From: the human T2T-CHM13v2.0 reference genome, Homo sapiens
Assembly (NCBI RefSeq): GCF_009914755.1
Contig: NC_060926.1
Reading direction: 5' to 3' (one strand)
DNA length: 64,000 nt
Below are positions 58,905 to 64,000 of the stretch, piece after piece (within the stretch, counting starts at the first letter, position 1; each line of letters opens with the position of its first letter). Both the position numbers and the translations under genes were made by a program. The notes beneath the pieces are model-generated. The model was not told the DNA's origin and ran no database searches. It was given only the letters and a program-made list of their open reading frames with translations.

Positions 58905-58946
58905 CATATGTGAGTCTTTTTCTAGACACTATTACACAGAACTCTG

Positions 58947-59242
<296 letters not shown>

Positions 59243-59249
59243 TGAAATT

Positions 59250-61680
59250 GGCAAGAGTATATCTTTGCCTTAGCATCTTCGGAGCAAAGCAATTTGTTCC
59301 TTTATCATTAGTTAAGCTACTATAGGCTTTTTGTGGATACCCTTTATCAAGCTGAGGAAGTTTCCATATATTCCTAGTTTGTTCAGAGTTAAATATATCT
59401 TAAATTTTGCCAAATGCTTTTTCTGCACCGATTGAAATATTCATATAATTTTATCCTTTATTCTGCTAATACAGAAAATTATACTGACTGATTTTTGTAC
59501 GTTAAACCTTCTTGGCATTCCTGGAATACTTTACTTATTATATATTTCTGAATTTAACTAGCTAAGTTTTGTGAAAGGTTGATATCAGACTAATGTTAGC
59601 CTCATGAAAAATATATCTGGGACATGTTTCCTCCTCATTTGTTTTCTGAGTAATTTTGTACATGGTTAATATTTCTTCCTCAACCGGTAACATCTGAGTG
59701 ACACCATCTGATCACGGTGATATGGTTTGGATATTTGTCCCCTTCAAATCTCATGTTGAAATGCGATGACCCCTGGTGTTGGAGGTGGGGCCTATTGAGA
59801 GGTATTTGGGTCATGAGGGTGGATCTCTCATGAATGGCCTGGTGCCCTCCCCATGGTAATGGGTGAGTTTCTAGCTCTATTAGTTCCCGCAAGAACTGGA
59901 TGTTAAAAAAAGAACCATGGCACTTCCTTTTTCTCCAGCTCCCTCTCAATGTGACACGCCTGCTCCCCTTTCGCCTTCCATCCTGACTATAAGCTTCGTG
60001 AGGCCTCGCCAGAAGCGAATGCTAGCACTGTCCTTCTTAAACAGCCTGCAGAACCCCGAGCCCAAACAAACATCTTTTCTTTGTAAATTTCCCAGTCTCA
60101 GGCATTCCTTTACAGCAACACAAAACAGACTAACACACATGGAATTTGGGGGAATTACAAATTCAATTTCATTAACACAGATAGGACTACACAGATTCTA
60201 TTTTTTGGGGTAGATTTGGTCATTTTTATCTTTAAATAAATTTGTACATTTCCCCTAAGCTGTTGAATCTATTGGCATAAAGTTGTTAACAGCAGCCCTT
60301 TATTTATTCTTCTAATGTTTGTAATACCTGTGGTGATGTCCTCTCTTTCATTGCTCATATTAATCATTCGCGTTTTCTCTTTTCTGTTGTTTAGCCCACT
60401 TAGAACTTTATTAATTTTATTGATCTTTTCAAAGGAGCAGCTTTAGATTTCATAAATTTTCAGTATCTTTGTCCATTTTCTATTTTTAATGAGTTCTGCT
60501 CCTATCTTTATTATTTCTTCCTTCTACTTCCTTTGGGTTTAATTTACTCTTTGTACTTGAGATTCTTAAGGTGGAAACTCAAGGAACCTGACGTTCAACC
60601 TTTCTTCTTTTTCTGTTATGAACATTTAAAGCTATAAGATTTCCTTGAAGAACTGCTCTAACTACATTTTACATACACATCTTCATTAGGGTCAATATTT
60701 GTTCTAATTTCTCTGATGATTTCTTCTTTGACACATGGATTTAGAAATATGTTGTTTCATTTCCCCATATTGGGGGATTTTCCAGATATCTCTTTTATTT
60801 CTAAATTAATTTTGTTTTGGCCAGAAAACATATTCTGTATTTCAGTCCTTCTAATTTATTGAGATTGGTTTTATACCCAGAACATGGTCTATTTTCCTTT
60901 TGCTATGGGTCACATTTGCTGCTTCTTTTTCTTACAATTTTGGAATGGATGCTTAACATTTTGGATGTTGGTAAATGTTTTTCTTTTCTTTCTTCAGAGA
61001 CTGATGAAGTTTGTTTTGTCGAGAAATTAGGTTACTTGTGTATCAAAGCTTATTTTTAAATTGTGTTAGGGTGTAGCCAATCCCTTTATTCTAGAGATAC
61101 TTTAGCTGTATTACTAAGACATAGCTAGTATCTCTACTTAATGCTCTGGGTTGTTAACAGGGTCTTTCCATTAAGGCTTGTGAGAATTTAAATGTATCTT
61201 TGCTGTATGTGAGTTCTGGGGATTGTTCATCTAGTAGCTCCATGGCAATTTTTATTTGCATAGCCTTGTGGAATTTCATATTATGCATGCAAGGATTAGT
61301 ATTCAGCTAAAGACTCAAGGGGTCCCCTATGTAGATTTCTGGAACTCTTCCTCTGAGTATCTCCACTTTAGTATTCTGTCTTGCAAACTCCAGCTGCCTA
61401 GGCCTTTTCATAGTCTATTTTCCCTCAACTCAGTGAGACTTCTAGTTCTGTTTAAAGCTCTGTCTCTTCACTACAGTCTAGAAAGCAGCTCTGAATATAA
61501 ATCTGAGATGACTACAGTAGTCACCTAATTTATTTCCCTTCATGGGATCATGATTCTGTACTGACTGTTTTCCAATGTCTGAAAACAGTGATTTCATATA
61601 TTTTGGGTAGTTTTCTAGTTGTTTATGGCAGGAGGGCAAATTCTATACCATTTATTACTTCATAAGAAGAACTAGAGTAA
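59250..61680 (-). mobile_element. Old L1M (MD/ME-type) with internal deletions, ORF2 through 5' region, interrupted by MST LTR
   Basis: CCCTTTATCAAGCTGAGGAAGTTTCC, CCAAATGCTTTTTCTGCA and CCAATGTCTGAAAACAGT are antisense L1M motifs. Confidence 0.75.
59718..60137 (+). mobile_element. MSTB-like MaLR solo LTR
   Basis: TG...CA termini (TGATATGGTTTGG...GACTAACACA); 5-bp TSD CACGG/CATGG (one transition at a CpG). Confidence 0.92.
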
Positions 61681-61809
61681 TCACTCAAAAGTACGAACCT
61701 GATGATATCACTCTCCAGCTTAAAACCCTTCCATGCTGACTATATAATTTGCTGTCTATACTGGTATATTTCTGAAGTGCTAAAATGCTAACCAGAAGAA
61801 GTGCTGGTG

Positions 61810-62272
61810 ATTCACAATAGCAATGATATGGAATCAACCTAAGTGCCCATCAATGGATGATTGGACAGAGAAAAAGTAGTGTGCATATAAACACACACAC
61901 ACACACCATGGAACACTACTCAGCCATGAAAAAGAATGAAATCATGTCTTTTGCAGCAACATCCCTGGCTGCACTGGAGGCCATTATCTTAAGTGAAACA
62001 ATACAGAAAGTCAAATACTGATAGTCTCACTTATAAGTGGGAACTAAATAATGTGCACACATGGACACAGTATGTGGAATGACAGACACTGGGGACTCAG
62101 AAGGGCAATGGCTGGGGGGCAGGTGGGAGGGCAGTGAGGGATGCGAAATTACTAATGGGCATAATCTACATTATTCAGATGGTGGATACACTAAACGCCC
62201 AGATTTTACCACTACACAATATACTCCCATAACAAAACAGCACTTGTAGTCCTTAAATTTATCCAAGAAAAA
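61810..62272 (+). mobile_element. L1MA3-like 3' end
   Basis: TTCACAATAGC...GGAATCAACCTAAGTGCCCATCAA...CACTTATAAGTGGGAACTAAATAATGTG...AAATTACTAATGGG. Confidence 0.88.
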
Positions 62273-63129
62273 GGTGTGGGGATAATGAGCATAAACCAGG
62301 ATGATCACAGGAAAACTAGCACTTCTGTCACTGCTAAACTCCTCGGCTCGGCTTCTAGGCTCTCATTACTTCCCCTCCTCATTTCCCTCCCACCTTCATT
62401 CCTTTAGCTTGAATGCCTCTACAGTGCTGTATTTCTTACGTGTAGCAACTCTCCTCTCCTGTTCATCTAGTAAACTCCTCTTCTGCCCTCCAGGTGGTTG
62501 AAACATTAACTTCCTCTAGGTCTACACGGTGCTTTGCACCTGATTTGGCTTGCACCTCATGCTATTCTATTAATTTATTTGCATGTTGCCTCCTCTTCTA
62601 GACTAGGTTTTTGAGAAAGTGAGAGAAAAATCAAGAAATCTGTTTTAGAAAAATTAATCCAGAAACAATATTTGTGAAAAATTGGATAAAGGATGAGGAA
62701 CAGGGGCAATTTAGAAGATTGTTTAGTATCTATATTCTTATTTAACAGCAGCCTTCAGAGCTAAAGAAGCCCAAAGGCCTCTTAACACCTAATCACCCAT
62801 TTATTCCTCTTAAACTCTCACCTGCAATCAAAACCTATTCAGAAAACCAGAATTTTAATGTAAAGATCTCAGTATGAAGGTTTTTGGTATTTTATGATCT
62901 AAACAAACCTTCCAAAGTCTGGTGAGGCTCAAGTTGGCAAACCACCTGCAATCTTCCCACTAAACTATATTTAGTATCCCACTGTAGCACCCACTGCAAC
63001 TGACATATGAATACACTGTGCTAACAAATACATTACTTAATACAAAACTCTTCAATTTATTACATTGTGTCATAAATTTGTTTTGCTTTATAAGAAAATA
63101 GATTTTAACTCAAAAAGTTTCTTATTTGG

Positions 63130-64000
63130 AACAAATGCATGAAGCAAAGGTTTTCAAGCACTGGACATCAAGCAACCAACAACTTAATTCCCAGGAAATG
63201 AAAAACTGATGAGGCAAGCTGTATGACTGCCCCAGCTTACTGCACTAAGAACTTCTGGGCTATAGCACAGGGAGGGGAAACCATGAGAAAGCCCAGTGAA
63301 CACACTGAGCTGAGAGTCTGGGGAGAACAAGTTGACTTGAGTTTGCTGCTCAGGACACAAGAGCGGAGATTGCTGTACAGAGAGAATCTTGAATATCTGC
63401 AGGTCTTCCTTGAGTATTCAGCAGAGTTCTGAGTGGCACAAGTACATGAAAAAATAACCTGAGGCTAGGGAAAGAATCATCTGAAAGGATTACAGAAAAA
63501 AATACCAGGTGCTTACAAGGCCAGGAACAGAAATTGTGCTCACCAGCCAGACTGTAAAACCTTATAATTAACAGGGCATTGGATAGAGCACTCAAAAGAA
63601 TCTTGCCTCAGAACTAGGCAATAATTAGCCATAGACTAAATGATGCTCTTTCTCACCTGACAAACTGTGGAGACAAAACCCAAAACAATCACACTATTTC
63701 CAAGTAACTTAACTACATCCCAGAACAAAGCACAGGGAGATCTGTAGAAACACAAAAAAGCAAAACTCTGTCTGGGTCCAACCAAAGATTACCAGATAGA
63801 CAGATCACCATACGTGCAAAGAAGCAAGAAAGTGCAACCCATAGTGAGAAAAAAATAAGACAACCCAGAAAGGCCACAGGTGTCAGACTTATTGGACAAA
63901 GATATTAAACAGTTACTATTTGTAATATGTATGTCCAAAAAGTTAAGTAGAGACATAGAAGATATACCAAAGACCCAAACTGAGTTTTCATCTAGAGATG
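63130..64000 (+). mobile_element. Old L1M (MD-type) 5' region running off the window end
   Basis: GGTTTTCAAGCACTGGACATCA...GACTGCCCCAGCTTACTGC; ends in ORF1-start-like GACAAAGATATTAAACAGTTACTAT. Confidence 0.7.

Overview
Primate (very probably human) genomic DNA, intronic or intergenic. By eye, roughly half or more is interspersed repeat: about 18 Alu copies or fragments (J, S and one Y-lineage), many L1 fragments from young (L1PA3-like) to ancient (L1M), L2, MIR, DNA transposon relics (Tigger3b, MER2, MER82, MER20, MER58) and an MST solo LTR. I found no recognisable host protein-coding exon, RNA gene, CpG island or CRISPR array. Almost all listed ORFs are repeat-derived or chance. I cannot support a new biological system here. 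The best structural observations are: a fully resolved twin-priming L1 inversion, a ~174-bp dispersed direct duplication with an Alu in one copy and micro-repeats at a junction, a tail-less AluY-lineage copy, two Tigger-family elements sharing one TA, and several short tandem duplications. The more speculative ones are a candidate 15-nt microexon, other splice-site candidates and motif-rich repeat-free segments. Subfamily names come from remembered consensus features, not from a database run, and boundaries of old repeats are approximate.
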